Counted from the stretch's first letter, positions 27,936 to 38,548 are shown. The stretch: DNA of 64,000 nucleotides from an uncultured Prevotella sp. (GCA_946403845.1 CAMJBL010000004.1:26170-90169), one strand, 5' to 3'. Notes: a model not told the origin generated them from the sequence alone. Translations and numbers: made by a program.

Positions 27936-28457
27936 ATGAAAAAGTATTTGCTATTATTGTTGGTGATTGTTTTGACCAGTGTAAATTGCATGGCTGGTGG
28001 TGTTAAAGTAAAGGAGGGGAAGGCCTCATTTCTTAAAGAAAACGCAAGTGCCATAGTTGAGTTTGATTTTTCTAAAACAACCTGGGAAGAAGATGAAGAT
28101 TTTAAGACATGGTGTGGCGATCAATATGAAAAGAGAAAGGCTGTGATGCAAAATGCCTTTGTTACGTCTTTTAATGAGAATTCAAAAGGACTCAAAATTA
28201 ATAGTGGAGCTAAAGATGCGAAGTATAAGATTGTTGTAGAAGTAAAAGATTTAGAGCGCCATCAATCTTTTACAGGCATGTGGGGACAAGGTAAAATTAG
28301 TACAACCGGATATATTAAAGTTTTTGAATTATCATCTAATCAAATAATATGTGATATATATATTGATGGATATGGTTCAGGAAAGGATTTTGATATTACT
28401 GATGGTATGGAGAAATGCTATAAAGCTTTAGCCAAGGAAGTCACAAAAGTGAAATAA
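27936..28457 (+). CDS. Secreted hypothetical protein
   Basis: Signal peptide; alpha/beta pattern similar to 27404..27919. Confidence 0.72.
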   Translation: MKKYLLLLLVIVLTSVNCMAGGVKVKEGKASFLKENASAIVEFDFSKTTWEEDEDFKTWCGDQYEKRKAVMQNAFVTSFNENSKGLKINSGAKDAKYKIVVEVKDLERHQSFTGMWGQGKISTTGYIKVFELSSNQIICDIYIDGYGSGKDFDITDGMEKCYKALAKEVTKVK

Positions 28458-28472
28458 TCTTCTTTTTATTCA

Positions 28473-29588
28473 ATGCAATTGTTTCCTGAATTACAAAAGA
28501 AATATACAAAAGATTCTCTGTCAGCCCGAGAAGCTCAAAGGCTGGCAGAGTTCATTGCGTGGGGGCCAGTTGTTTTTCAGGCCTCGCGTATAATGGTCAA
28601 ATGGGGTATCCTTGATTTGATCCGCAATTCCAAGAATGGTTTGACTCGTGAGGAGATATGTAAGGAAACGGGGAAGTCTGACTATGCAATAAAATGTTTA
28701 TTAGAAGCATCCTTGTGTATAGGAATAATCCTTGTTGACTTAGCAACGAATCGTTTTTCTTTGTCAAAGACAGGGTGGTTCTTGCTTAATGATCCTGCCA
28801 CTCGAGTTAATATCGACTTTAATCATGACGTGAATTATGAAGGTTGGTTTAAGCTTGAAGAGTCCCTTTTAAATGGAAAACCAGAAGGCCTGAAGCATTT
28901 CGGACCATGGCCTACCGTTTATGAAGGCCTTTCAAGTCTTCCAGACAAGGTTCAAAAGAGCTGGTTCGGATTTGACCATTTCTATAGTGACTCTTCTTTC
29001 CCAGAGGCTTTGAAGATTATTTTTGACGAGCATCATGTGCAATCATTATATGATGTTGGAGGGAATACGGGAAAGTGGGCATTACAATGTGTTGGCTATA
29101 ACAAGGCAGCAGATGTGACTATTTTGGATTTGCCTCAACAGATTGCAATGATGCAAATGAATGTGAATGGTAAAGAGGGAGCAGAACGTATACATGGATA
29201 TGGTATTAATTTACTTGATTCAAATGCGCAATTCCCTAAGCGTGCTGGTGGTCTTGATGCAATTTGGATGAGTCAGTTCCTGGATTGTTTCAGCATGGAT
29301 GAAATCATCAGCATCTTGAAACGAGCTAAAGAAGCAATGACTCCACAAACAAGGATTTACATCATGGAGACATTGTGGGATAGGCAAAAGTATGAGCCCG
29401 CAGCATTCTGTCTGACAATGACCAGTTTGTATTTTACTGCTATTGCAAATGGTAATTCTAAGATGTACAATACTGAAGATATGCAGCAATGTATAGACAG
29501 GTCAGGCTTGGAAATAGAACAGATCCATGACCATTTAGGACAAGGTCACTCAATAATTGTATGTAAACTCAAACAAACAAATATTTAA
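28473..29588 (+). CDS. SAM-dependent methyltransferase (Methyltransf_2 type) of aryl polyene/flexirubin clusters
   Basis: YDVGGNTG, LDLP and WMSQFLDCF motifs; N-terminal winged-helix dimerisation region. Confidence 0.88.
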   Translation: MQLFPELQKKYTKDSLSAREAQRLAEFIAWGPVVFQASRIMVKWGILDLIRNSKNGLTREEICKETGKSDYAIKCLLEASLCIGIILVDLATNRFSLSKTGWFLLNDPATRVNIDFNHDVNYEGWFKLEESLLNGKPEGLKHFGPWPTVYEGLSSLPDKVQKSWFGFDHFYSDSSFPEALKIIFDEHHVQSLYDVGGNTGKWALQCVGYNKAADVTILDLPQQIAMMQMNVNGKEGAERIHGYGINLLDSNAQFPKRAGGLDAIWMSQFLDCFSMDEIISILKRAKEAMTPQTRIYIMETLWDRQKYEPAAFCLTMTSLYFTAIANGNSKMYNTEDMQQCIDRSGLEIEQIHDHLGQGHSIIVCKLKQTNI

Positions 29589-29592
29589 TAAA

Positions 29593-29835
29593 ATGACAAG
29601 AACAGAAATTGAAGAGAAAGTAAAAGCATTCCTCATTGATGATCTCGAAATTGATGAGGATAAGATTTTTGATGATGCGAAGTTGAAGGAGGATATGGGA
29701 ATTGATAGCCTAGACTTCGTAGACATTGTTGTAATTGTAGAAAAGAACTTTGGCTTTAAGATCAAACCTGAAGAAATGGCAGGTGTAACGACTCTCAGCC
29801 AGTTCTGCGACTATATCGAGAGTAAGGTAGGGTAG
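29593..29835 (+). CDS. Acyl carrier protein
   Basis: DMGIDSLDFVD phosphopantetheine motif; acidic, 80 aa. Confidence 0.93.
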   Translation: MTRTEIEEKVKAFLIDDLEIDEDKIFDDAKLKEDMGIDSLDFVDIVVIVEKNFGFKIKPEEMAGVTTLSQFCDYIESKVG

Positions 29836-29840
29836 GAAAA

Positions 29841-30719
29841 GTGGCTGAAAGAAAGTGGGAAGGCACGACATATGGTAACAGCCTGATGCATAAATGGCTA
29901 ATTTCGCTGTTACGTGTTATAGATATCAGAATTATCTATATCTTTACCTATGTGTTTGTCATTCCACCATGCCTGTTCCGCCCTGGCTTTAAATATATTT
30001 ATCGCTATTTTCGTGAACGCTGGTGTTTTGGTCCATTAAAATCATTCTTTAAGACCTATCAGAATCACTGTTTGTTCAGCCAAGTTGTGATCGACAGGTT
30101 CGCAATGTATGCTGGAAAGCATTTTGATGCTGACATAGATGGCTATGAGTTCTTTCAGCAGTTGGAAAGCGAGCCAGATGCTTTCATCCAATTGAGTTCC
30201 CATATTGGCAACTACGAGATGGCTGGTTATACGTTAGTATCTACCAAGAAGCCATTTAATGCGCTGGTATATTGGGGTGAGAAACAATCTGTCATGGAGA
30301 ATCGTGCAAACATGTTTTCGGATAAGAACATTCGTATGATATCCATTAAGGAAGACATGAGTCATCTGTTCCTCATAGACAATGCGCTTCAAAAAGGCGA
30401 GATTGTCAGTATGCCTGCTGATCGGATCTTTGGATCGAAAAAGAGTGTGAACGAGCGCCTGTTAGGTGCAAACGTAAAATTGCCTTTAGGACCATTTAGT
30501 GTGGCTACTATGCGAGGACTGAATGTCCTGGCGGTAAACGTAATGAAAAGCTCAACAAAGGGGTATACAATTTATGTAAAACCTCTTAGTTACGATAAAC
30601 AGGCCCCTCGAAATATGCAGATAGAACAGTTGGCCCATAGTTATGTGACTGAATTGGAGCGCATCTTAAAATTGTATCCTACACAATGGTATAACTATTA
30701 TGATTTCTGGAATGTATGA
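29841..30719 (+). CDS. LpxL-family (lipid A lauroyl transferase-like) acyltransferase
   Basis: SHIGNYE, MPADR and PTQWYNYYDFW motifs. Confidence 0.88.
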   Translation: MAERKWEGTTYGNSLMHKWLISLLRVIDIRIIYIFTYVFVIPPCLFRPGFKYIYRYFRERWCFGPLKSFFKTYQNHCLFSQVVIDRFAMYAGKHFDADIDGYEFFQQLESEPDAFIQLSSHIGNYEMAGYTLVSTKKPFNALVYWGEKQSVMENRANMFSDKNIRMISIKEDMSHLFLIDNALQKGEIVSMPADRIFGSKKSVNERLLGANVKLPLGPFSVATMRGLNVLAVNVMKSSTKGYTIYVKPLSYDKQAPRNMQIEQLAHSYVTELERILKLYPTQWYNYYDFWNV

Positions 30720-31171
30720 CAAAAGACGCACAAAACTTCTCATCATCGTTTCTTAAGCAGATAGATATTCATAGCCTTCTGCCCCAGCAAGAGCCTTTCG
30801 TTATGATTGGTAGTCTTGTTTATTTCGATGAACGACGTACAATTACAGAAACGACCATTAAAGAAGATATTATTTTTGTTGATGACGGAATGTTCAGCGC
30901 ATCGGGGCTTATTGAGAATATAGCCCAGACTTGTGCTGCCCGCATAGGATTTGTCAATAAGTACATCCTTAAGAAGGGTATTCAGATTGGCTTTATTGGA
31001 GCTATCCGGAACTTGGAACTCTTTCGCCTGCCCAATGTGGGTGAGACGATAACCACTACAATGGACGTTGTCGAAGAGGTTTTTGGTATGACGCTTGCAC
31101 AGGCGAGGGTCAGTTGTGGTGAAGAGACATTGGTCTCGACAGATATTAAAATTGCATTAAAAGAAGGCTAG
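30716..31171 (+). CDS. Hotdog-fold 3-hydroxyacyl-ACP dehydratase (ApeP-like)
   Basis: LLPQQEPFVMI, LIENIAQTCAA and IGFIGAI motifs. Confidence 0.85.
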   Translation: MTKDAQNFSSSFLKQIDIHSLLPQQEPFVMIGSLVYFDERRTITETTIKEDIIFVDDGMFSASGLIENIAQTCAARIGFVNKYILKKGIQIGFIGAIRNLELFRLPNVGETITTTMDVVEEVFGMTLAQARVSCGEETLVSTDIKIALKEG

Positions 31172-31173
31172 GT

Positions 31174-31596
31174 ATGGAGCTAAAAGCATCAAAGGAATTC
31201 GAAATACGATTTAGCGAGGTGGACTCTATGAATGTGGTCTGGCATGGGTCATACATGCTCTATTTTGAAGATGCTCGCGAGGAATTTGGCAAGAAGTTTG
31301 ATCTTACCTATATGGGCTTTTTTGACCATGGTTATTTTGCGCCACTTGTGGAGATGAGTTTTCAGTGGAAGAAGCCTATCAAGTATGGCATGAAACCCAG
31401 AATAGACATTGTATACAGACCAACGGAAGCTGCTAAGATTATCTTTGACTACGAGATTCATGACACCGAGGATGAGAGCCTGATAGCTACTGGCCATAGT
31501 GTTCAGGTTTTTATGGACACCAATTACCAATTGGTTTTGTATAGCCCGGAGTTCTATGATGAATGGCGACAGCGTTGGGGCGTCCTAGAAAAATGA
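31174..31596 (+). CDS. Acyl-CoA/ACP thioesterase (4HBT family)
   Basis: IRFSEVDSMNVVWHGSYMLYFEDARE. Confidence 0.9.
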   Translation: MELKASKEFEIRFSEVDSMNVVWHGSYMLYFEDAREEFGKKFDLTYMGFFDHGYFAPLVEMSFQWKKPIKYGMKPRIDIVYRPTEAAKIIFDYEIHDTEDESLIATGHSVQVFMDTNYQLVLYSPEFYDEWRQRWGVLEK

Positions 31597-33302
31597 GAAG
31601 AAATATGGTATATAGAATAGCTGATAATGTGTTGACGCCATTGGGAACCACTACAATGGCAAACTATGAGGCTCTGAAAGCAGGGCGCTCTGCGCTGGCT
31701 CAATATGCAAGCTATTCTGGAAGAAAGGAAGATGATTTTGTAGCTTCACGATTCAGCGACGAACAAAGAAAAGAACTTATGGTTAGTGGGCTAACATGGT
31801 TTGAGTCGTTGGTATATCATAGCGTTAAAGAAGCTTTGACAAATTGTACGATTGATGTGGCTAGTCATCGCACCTTGCTTGTCGTCAGTACAACAAAGGC
31901 TAATATCGAGAATCTTTCTTCAAACGAATATGACAGGATTCTGCCTGCAGAGTCTGCTAAAAGGATTGCTGATATTCTTGGGATTCAAACTCAACCAATA
32001 GTCATATGCAACGCATGTATATCTGGAGTGGCTGCGATCGTAACTGCTCAACGCTTGTTACTTGCAGAATATTACGACACAGCTATAGTAGTGGGGTGCG
32101 ACGTCGTTAGTCATTTCGTAGTTTCTGGTTTCCAGTCACTCAAAGCAATGTCACCAGAGCCCTGTCGACCATTTGATATTGAACGCATAGGATTAAATCT
32201 TGGTGAAGCAGCTGCAACCTTGATTCTGAGTAATAAAAGAACTCTGAATGATAATTGGCAGATTGTTAATGGAGCTATTCGAAATGATGCTTATCACATC
32301 AGTAGCCCATCGCCCAAAGGGGAGGGGTGTGCCAATGCGATCAAATATGTCACTGAAGGTATAGACCTCCACTCTCTCTCAGCTGTGAATGTTCATGGTA
32401 CAGCCACGATGTATAACGATCAGATGGAGTCAAAAGCAATTGCAGCCTCTGGCTTATCTGAGATACCTATCAATACCCTGAAAGGTTATTTCGGACATAC
32501 GCTTGGCGCCTCAGGAATTCTTGAAACCATCATCACGATGCATTCTGTAGAAGAAGGTGAACTATTGGCCACACGAGGATTTAGCGAGATCGGTGTTTCT
32601 GGTAAAGTGAACATTTCTGCTAATCCTATAAAGATTGCCCCGCATTCTTTTGTGAAGATTATATCAGGTTTTGGAGGCTGCAATGCTGCATTGTATTGCA
32701 CGCTTAAACCAATATCCGATAATGATAGCCCGGTTGCAGGCTCACTTTCTATAGAACATTCTGTGAAGATTACGCCTTCTGGAGTTATGATCGATGGCAG
32801 ACAACTCAATGTTGAGGCTGAAGGTGGCAGTATGCTTACTGAAATATATAAAGGCCAAATAGGATCATACCCTAAATTCTACAAAATGGATAAGCTCTCT
32901 CAATTGGGATTTGTGGCAAGTGAGTTGTTGTTATCAAAAGAGAATCCACGCCAGGAACTATGTTGGGATAGAGCTGTGGTATTGTTTAATCATACTTCAT
33001 CTGTCTGTGTCGATCGTGAATATGAACAGAGTATTACCATAGGCGAAGACTATTTCCCAAGCCCATCTCTATTTGTCTACACTTTGCCAAACATTGTATG
33101 TGGCGAAATCGCCCTTCGTAATGGATATCACGCAGAGACATCCTTCTATATTATGAAGTCGAAGGATGAGGCAATGATGAATAAAGTTATAGAATCAACT
33201 TTTCTTGATAAGACTTTGCAAAGTATTGTTACTGGGTGGATTGATTATCAAGATGATAATACATTTGAAGCGGATATAAAATTATATAAAAAGATAAAAT
33301 AA
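31593..33302 (+). CDS. Beta-ketoacyl synthase fused to a C-terminal inactive KS-like domain
   Basis: NACISG, HGTAT, GHTLG and SGFGG motifs; C-terminal YPKFYKMD...SPSLFVYTLPN; start by ATGA coupling. Confidence 0.88.
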   Translation: MRRNMVYRIADNVLTPLGTTTMANYEALKAGRSALAQYASYSGRKEDDFVASRFSDEQRKELMVSGLTWFESLVYHSVKEALTNCTIDVASHRTLLVVSTTKANIENLSSNEYDRILPAESAKRIADILGIQTQPIVICNACISGVAAIVTAQRLLLAEYYDTAIVVGCDVVSHFVVSGFQSLKAMSPEPCRPFDIERIGLNLGEAAATLILSNKRTLNDNWQIVNGAIRNDAYHISSPSPKGEGCANAIKYVTEGIDLHSLSAVNVHGTATMYNDQMESKAIAASGLSEIPINTLKGYFGHTLGASGILETIITMHSVEEGELLATRGFSEIGVSGKVNISANPIKIAPHSFVKIISGFGGCNAALYCTLKPISDNDSPVAGSLSIEHSVKITPSGVMIDGRQLNVEAEGGSMLTEIYKGQIGSYPKFYKMDKLSQLGFVASELLLSKENPRQELCWDRAVVLFNHTSSVCVDREYEQSITIGEDYFPSPSLFVYTLPNIVCGEIALRNGYHAETSFYIMKSKDEAMMNKVIESTFLDKTLQSIVTGWIDYQDDNTFEADIKLYKKIK

Positions 33303-33559
33303 TGGAAGAATTGATTTTAGAATTAAAGGAAAAGATAATCGAGGCTTTGAATTTGGAGGAAATGACTCCAGAAGATATCGATGCTGATGATGCATTGTTT
33401 GGTGAAGGCCTTGGTTTGGACTCTATTGATGCCTTAGAGCTGATAGTTTTAATAGAAAAGAACTATGGCATCAAGTTGGCAAACCCCTCAGAAGGTAAGG
33501 CCATTTTTAAGAGTGTTCGCACTATTGCAGAATACGTAAACGAACATAGAACAAAGTAA
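33302..33559 (+). CDS. Acyl carrier protein
   Basis: LFGEGLGLDSIDALEL, typical of aryl polyene ACPs. Confidence 0.93.
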   Translation: MEELILELKEKIIEALNLEEMTPEDIDADDALFGEGLGLDSIDALELIVLIEKNYGIKLANPSEGKAIFKSVRTIAEYVNEHRTK

Positions 33560-33563
33560 GCTC

Positions 33564-35336
33564 ATGAAAGAAAATATCGTCATAACCGGTGAAGGTATTG
33601 TCTGTGCTATCGGAATGGATAAGTCATCAGTTCTCGCTTCTCTCAGAGAGAAACGTTTTGGTGTTGGCACAATGAGATACCTTAACTCCGTTCATAAGGA
33701 ATTGCCTGTTGGAGAAGTGCCGATGTCAAATGACGATATGCGTATTCAGCTAGGATTAAAAGATGCTTCCCATATAAACCGCACCACTTTAATGGGTATG
33801 TTGGCAGTTCGTCAGGCATTGGATGATGCTGGAGTCAATAAAGCCCTGGTTAAGGAGAAATCTTTGCGACTGGTACTTGTCTCGGGAACAACTGTTGCTG
33901 GCATGGATATTACAGAGAGTTTCTTTAGTCAGATGGATTATTCTGATGAGGCTCTTAAATATCTGAAATACCATAGTGCAGGCATGAGTACCCGTATGAT
34001 CGCTGATTATTTTAATCTCTTTGCTGAGTATACAACTATTTCTACTGCGTGCTCATCAGCAGCCAATGCCATATTGTTAGGCGCACGTATGTTAGAAAAT
34101 GGGGAGGCTGATATGGTAGTGGCAGGTGGAACAGAGGCTTTATCTGTTTTCCATCTTAATGGGTTTAACTCGCTGATGATACTTGACCATGAGCCATCCC
34201 GTCCGTTTGATGCCACTCGCGCAGGATTAAATTTAGGCGAAGGCGCTGCTTTTGTTGTGTTGGAAACAGCTGCCAATGCAAATCGAAGGGATATCAAGCC
34301 TCATGCCTATCTTGTTGGATATGGTAATGCCTGTGACGCATTCCATCAGACCGCCTCATCGGAGAATGGCGAAGGCGCTTATTTGGCCATGACAGAAGCT
34401 TTGAAAATGGCAGGGTTGAAACCTGCTGATATTCAATATGTTAATGCCCATGGAACAGGTACTCCTAATAATGATTTGTCAGAAAGTGTAGCGTTGAAGC
34501 GTGTATTTGGTGACAGTATGCCCCTGGTCAGCTCTACAAAATCATTTACTGGTCATACCACAAGTGCCTCAGGGAGCATAGAATCTGTCATTAGTTTGTT
34601 GGCCTTGAAATATCAGTTTGTGCCAGCAAATCTGGGATGGTCACAAGCAGCTGAAGATGTCGTCGTTCCGACATTGGGGGAGGATTCTTATCATCTTTGT
34701 AATGTTGTTTGTAATTCCTTTGGTTTTGGAGGAAATGACACATCACTTATATTCTCGTTATCACCCTCTGTTTCTATTTCGACTCCACATTCAACACACG
34801 AAATAAAGGTGCTTTCAAAAGTTGAGATATGTTCTGAGGAGGAATTAGCAGAAATTCGGGATTATGTAAAACCATTAGAGGCCCGACGTATGGGTAAGAT
34901 CATGAAGAGTTCTTTGTTGTCCTCGCTCAAGGCTTTAAAACAGGCAGGTATTGATAAACCTGACGCTATTATCACTGGAACTGCAATGGGATGTTGGGAA
35001 AACTCAGAGCAGTTATTATTCCAACTGAAAAATGAAGGTGAGACTATGCTGAAGCCTACATACTTTATGCAAAGTACTCATAATACAATAAGTAGTAATA
35101 TTGCTATTCGTCTTGGCTGTCATGGGTATAATGTTACCTATACTCAAGATGATGATTCTCTTGATTGGGCTATGCGTGATGCCAAGCAATTGTTAAAAAG
35201 CGGAATGTGTAAAACAGTGCTGGTAGGGTGTCATGATGAGACCACTCCTTTTTATCGACAACTAATGGCGCGATTAGGTTATAACAATCTGCCATCTATA
35301 CACTCTTTAGCTATTGTACTGTCATGTGGAGAATAA
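33564..35336 (+). CDS. Beta-ketoacyl synthase fused to a chain-length-factor-like domain
   Basis: TACSSA, HGTGT, GHTT and NSFGFGG motifs; C-terminal ARRMGK...PTYFMQSTHNT. Confidence 0.88.
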   Translation: MKENIVITGEGIVCAIGMDKSSVLASLREKRFGVGTMRYLNSVHKELPVGEVPMSNDDMRIQLGLKDASHINRTTLMGMLAVRQALDDAGVNKALVKEKSLRLVLVSGTTVAGMDITESFFSQMDYSDEALKYLKYHSAGMSTRMIADYFNLFAEYTTISTACSSAANAILLGARMLENGEADMVVAGGTEALSVFHLNGFNSLMILDHEPSRPFDATRAGLNLGEGAAFVVLETAANANRRDIKPHAYLVGYGNACDAFHQTASSENGEGAYLAMTEALKMAGLKPADIQYVNAHGTGTPNNDLSESVALKRVFGDSMPLVSSTKSFTGHTTSASGSIESVISLLALKYQFVPANLGWSQAAEDVVVPTLGEDSYHLCNVVCNSFGFGGNDTSLIFSLSPSVSISTPHSTHEIKVLSKVEICSEEELAEIRDYVKPLEARRMGKIMKSSLLSSLKALKQAGIDKPDAIITGTAMGCWENSEQLLFQLKNEGETMLKPTYFMQSTHNTISSNIAIRLGCHGYNVTYTQDDDSLDWAMRDAKQLLKSGMCKTVLVGCHDETTPFYRQLMARLGYNNLPSIHSLAIVLSCGE

Positions 35337-35677
35337 TACCATACGCTATTTTACAAAGCATCTTGTTAACAGGTGGTCAAGTTTTCTTAAAATTTGCCTT
35401 GACTCGAATGCCCGCATTTGCTTGGACTCGAGATTTTTGGTTAAGTCTTCTTACCAATTGGTATTTTGCTGCTTGTGGCCTTTTCTTTGGCTTAGCCTCG
35501 TTGCTTTGGATGTATATTGTAAAGGTATTCCCCTTTAGCTCCGCCTATCCAATGGTAAGTCTGAGTTATGTGTTTGGTATGCTGGCTGCCATTCTTTTTT
35601 TTCATGAAGAAGTATCGGTTATAAAGTGGGTTGGGGTGATGTTTATTGTTTTAGGTTGCATGTTAATAGCGAAATGA
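35324..35677 (+). CDS. EamA/SMR-like small membrane transporter (ArnE/F-like)
   Basis: GGQVFLK, SSAYPMVSLSYV and FFHEEV motifs; 4 TM helices. Confidence 0.85.
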   Translation: MWRIIPYAILQSILLTGGQVFLKFALTRMPAFAWTRDFWLSLLTNWYFAACGLFFGLASLLWMYIVKVFPFSSAYPMVSLSYVFGMLAAILFFHEEVSVIKWVGVMFIVLGCMLIAK

Positions 35678-36300
35678 ATATGAAAAAGGGACTCTTTATA
35701 CTATATCTGCTTTTCACCGCTTATTTTACGCTGATGGCGCAACAGAGTGATACTCAGATCAGACAAAAGATCAGCCAAATTGCATCTTCAATAAAGACGA
35801 TGCAGTGTGATTTTATACAGACCAAGCATTTAAAGATGCTTAATGATGATATGGTTTCAAAAGGGCGAATGTATTATCAACAAAGTAATCGTCTGCGCTG
35901 GGAATATACGACACCTTATACCTATACCTTTATAATCAATAATGATAAGGTTTTATTGAAGAATAGTCAACGTAATGATGTTATAGACGTCAACAAAAAT
36001 AAATTGTTTAAGGAGATAGCCCGAATTATGATGAATAGTGTTGTAGGTAGCTGTCTTAATGATGAGAAGAGTTTTAAGAGTAGTATCTCTGTATCGGGAG
36101 GGGAGTGGGTGGCCACCCTTTTACCACAACGCAAGGATATGAAACAGATGTTCCAAAAGATTGTGCTTCATTTTAGCCAGAAACTGGCGATGGTGACACA
36201 AGTAGAACTGATAGAAAAGAATGGCGATAAGACATTTATAGACCTGAAGAATATTAGAACGAATGAGACGATTAGCACTAATATGTTTACTATTCGTTAG
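35674..36300 (+). CDS. LolA-like outer membrane lipoprotein carrier protein
   Basis: CDFIQTKHL...SKGRMYY...LRWEYTTPY...EKNGDKT. Confidence 0.88.
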   Translation: MNMKKGLFILYLLFTAYFTLMAQQSDTQIRQKISQIASSIKTMQCDFIQTKHLKMLNDDMVSKGRMYYQQSNRLRWEYTTPYTYTFIINNDKVLLKNSQRNDVIDVNKNKLFKEIARIMMNSVVGSCLNDEKSFKSSISVSGGEWVATLLPQRKDMKQMFQKIVLHFSQKLAMVTQVELIEKNGDKTFIDLKNIRTNETISTNMFTIR

Positions 36301-36685
36301 CCCATTGTATGCAATTTTGTTGCATGCACAGTCTACGTTCCCCACTAATGAGGGGGAACGCGTCAAGTATAATGCCTATATAGAAATGCCTCGTGCCTAC
36401 ATCAGCGGTATTAGCGTTCTATTGAAAGAAGGTAATGTGATTAAGGGTAGCTTATTCAATGAGTTTGGCATTACAGCTCTTGATTTTACTTATGATCCGA
36501 AACGCCAGAAGGTGAAATTACATAATGTTATTAAGATGATGGATAAATGGTATATCCGTCGTGTGATTCGTAAGGACATTGCTAAAATGATGATATGCCT
36601 TCAAAAAGGCGAAACGCAATATGTGAACGAAAAACGACATATTAACTATCATTTTATACCGATAGAGAATGAAGCTACTAAATAA
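36263..36685 (+). CDS. Secreted hypothetical protein of the cluster
   Basis: Signal peptide; GSLFNEFGITALDF; overlaps both neighbours. Confidence 0.7.
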   Translation: MRRLALICLLFVSPLYAILLHAQSTFPTNEGERVKYNAYIEMPRAYISGISVLLKEGNVIKGSLFNEFGITALDFTYDPKRQKVKLHNVIKMMDKWYIRRVIRKDIAKMMICLQKGETQYVNEKRHINYHFIPIENEATK

Positions 36686-37046
36686 TTTATATAGTATCCG
36701 GTTGAAGGATGTAACAGAATCCTTTGTACGTTATGACATTCGGTTGGATGCCAGTCACTTTATATATCAGGCACATTTCCCCGGAGACCCCATCACGCCT
36801 GGTGTCTGTATCATTCAGATAGCCAAAGAACTGTTAGAAGACCACCTCGGGCGGAATCTCGGAATCCAGATTGTAAAGAATGTGAAGTTCCTGAATGTCA
36901 TATCGCCATTGGAGACGCCTGATATATCTTATACCTTCGAAAAAATAGTGACGGATGATGTTGATAAGACCTATAAAGTCCAGACCCTGATCTTTTCTGA
37001 CGAATTATCAATGGCAAAAATATCTTTTACCTGTAGAAAGCAATGA
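36669..37046 (+). CDS. FabZ/ApeI-like dehydratase
   Basis: HFIYQAHFPGDPITPGVC and NVKFL motifs. Confidence 0.88.
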   Translation: MKLLNNLYSIRLKDVTESFVRYDIRLDASHFIYQAHFPGDPITPGVCIIQIAKELLEDHLGRNLGIQIVKNVKFLNVISPLETPDISYTFEKIVTDDVDKTYKVQTLIFSDELSMAKISFTCRKQ

Positions 37047-38548
37047 CAGAAAGCGACAAAAATAAACAACGCCAGCAGTTACACGACAGAGGTATATGTG
37101 TCGTGATTCCAACATATAATAATGATGGAACGATTGCTACTATTATTGGCGATACACTAAAAGAGTGTTGCGATGTTATTGTTGTTAATGATGGATCTAC
37201 AGATAATACATCGAACATTCTACATTCTATAGAAGGTATAACGATTGTTGAATATGGAAGGAATCGTGGGAAGGGCTATGCATTGAAATGTGGTTTTAAG
37301 CGGGCGCTACAAATGGGGTTTGCCTATGCTATTACGCTCGATGCTGATGGCCAGCATTATCCAAGTGATATTCAGCATTTCTTAGAAGCAAACCAACAAC
37401 ATCCTGGTGCATTGATTATTGGAAGTCGGAAGCTTGATGGTGTAGATCGTTCTAAAGGTAGTAATTTTGCAAACAAGTTTTCAAATTTCTGGTTTTATAT
37501 CCAGACAGGACGCAAATTGCCCGATACCCAGACAGGATATCGTTTGTACCCTCTAAAGAAATTGCATGGTCTTTGTCTGCTTACTTCACGCTATGAGGCA
37601 GAACTTGAGTTACTCGTATTTGCATCATGGCATGGCGTAGAATTGGTGCCAATTAACATTGATGTTTATTATCCACCAAGAGAACAGCGAGTGAGCCATT
37701 TCCGCCCAGGAATGGATTTTGCCCGAATTAGCGTGCTTAATACAGTCTTATGCTTTCTGGCAATCGTCTATGGTTTGCCATTGAGGATTTTCAGATGGTT
37801 AGGCAACTTCTTTAGAACAGCTTACGCCATATTATTTGTGTCGTTTTTTTGTTTCTGTGTTATCACGCCAGCAGTATGGTTATATGTTAAGATTGGTAAG
37901 ATGACAGAGCGGAAGCGTCAGAATTTACATAAAGTTATATACCACTCCATTCGTTTTGTGATGTTGAAACACGGTTTTCCTGGGACGTCATTTACATATA
38001 AAGTGAGTGAAAAAGTAGATTTCTCAAAACCATCTGTTGTAATATGTAACCACCAGTCGCATATTGATTTGGCATGCCAGTTAATTTTTACCCCCAATAT
38101 CATCTTCTTAACAAATCAGTGGGTGTGGCATAATCCGTTGTATGGATTATTAATTCGTAATGCAGAGTTCTATCCTGTAGCAAATGGTATTGATGAATTA
38201 ATGCCTAAGTTACAATCATTAGTAGATAGAGGATATAGTATAGCTGTATATCCGGAGGGACATCGATCAAAAGATTGTCGTATTACTCGATTTCATCAGG
38301 GCGCATTCCATATAGCAGAACAATTAGGACTTGATGTCATTCCAATGTATCTTTATGGGCCAGGTCGGATTCTCCCCCCCAAAACCTATCATTTAAAAAA
38401 GGGACCGTTATATATAGAAGTTGGTGACCCCATTACCCCGAATGATTTAGCATCAATGGGCGACACCAAAGCTCAGGCATCAAAGATGCGCAAGCACTAT
38501 ATAGACAAATATGAACAGATAGCAAATCGTATAGAACAAAATGTCTAA
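37043..38548 (+). CDS. GT2 glycosyltransferase fused to a PlsC-type acyltransferase
   Basis: IPTYNN, VNDGSTD, DADGQH and DTQTGYR; then NHQSHID and YPEG. Confidence 0.9.
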   Translation: MTESDKNKQRQQLHDRGICVVIPTYNNDGTIATIIGDTLKECCDVIVVNDGSTDNTSNILHSIEGITIVEYGRNRGKGYALKCGFKRALQMGFAYAITLDADGQHYPSDIQHFLEANQQHPGALIIGSRKLDGVDRSKGSNFANKFSNFWFYIQTGRKLPDTQTGYRLYPLKKLHGLCLLTSRYEAELELLVFASWHGVELVPINIDVYYPPREQRVSHFRPGMDFARISVLNTVLCFLAIVYGLPLRIFRWLGNFFRTAYAILFVSFFCFCVITPAVWLYVKIGKMTERKRQNLHKVIYHSIRFVMLKHGFPGTSFTYKVSEKVDFSKPSVVICNHQSHIDLACQLIFTPNIIFLTNQWVWHNPLYGLLIRNAEFYPVANGIDELMPKLQSLVDRGYSIAVYPEGHRSKDCRITRFHQGAFHIAEQLGLDVIPMYLYGPGRILPPKTYHLKKGPLYIEVGDPITPNDLASMGDTKAQASKMRKHYIDKYEQIANRIEQNV

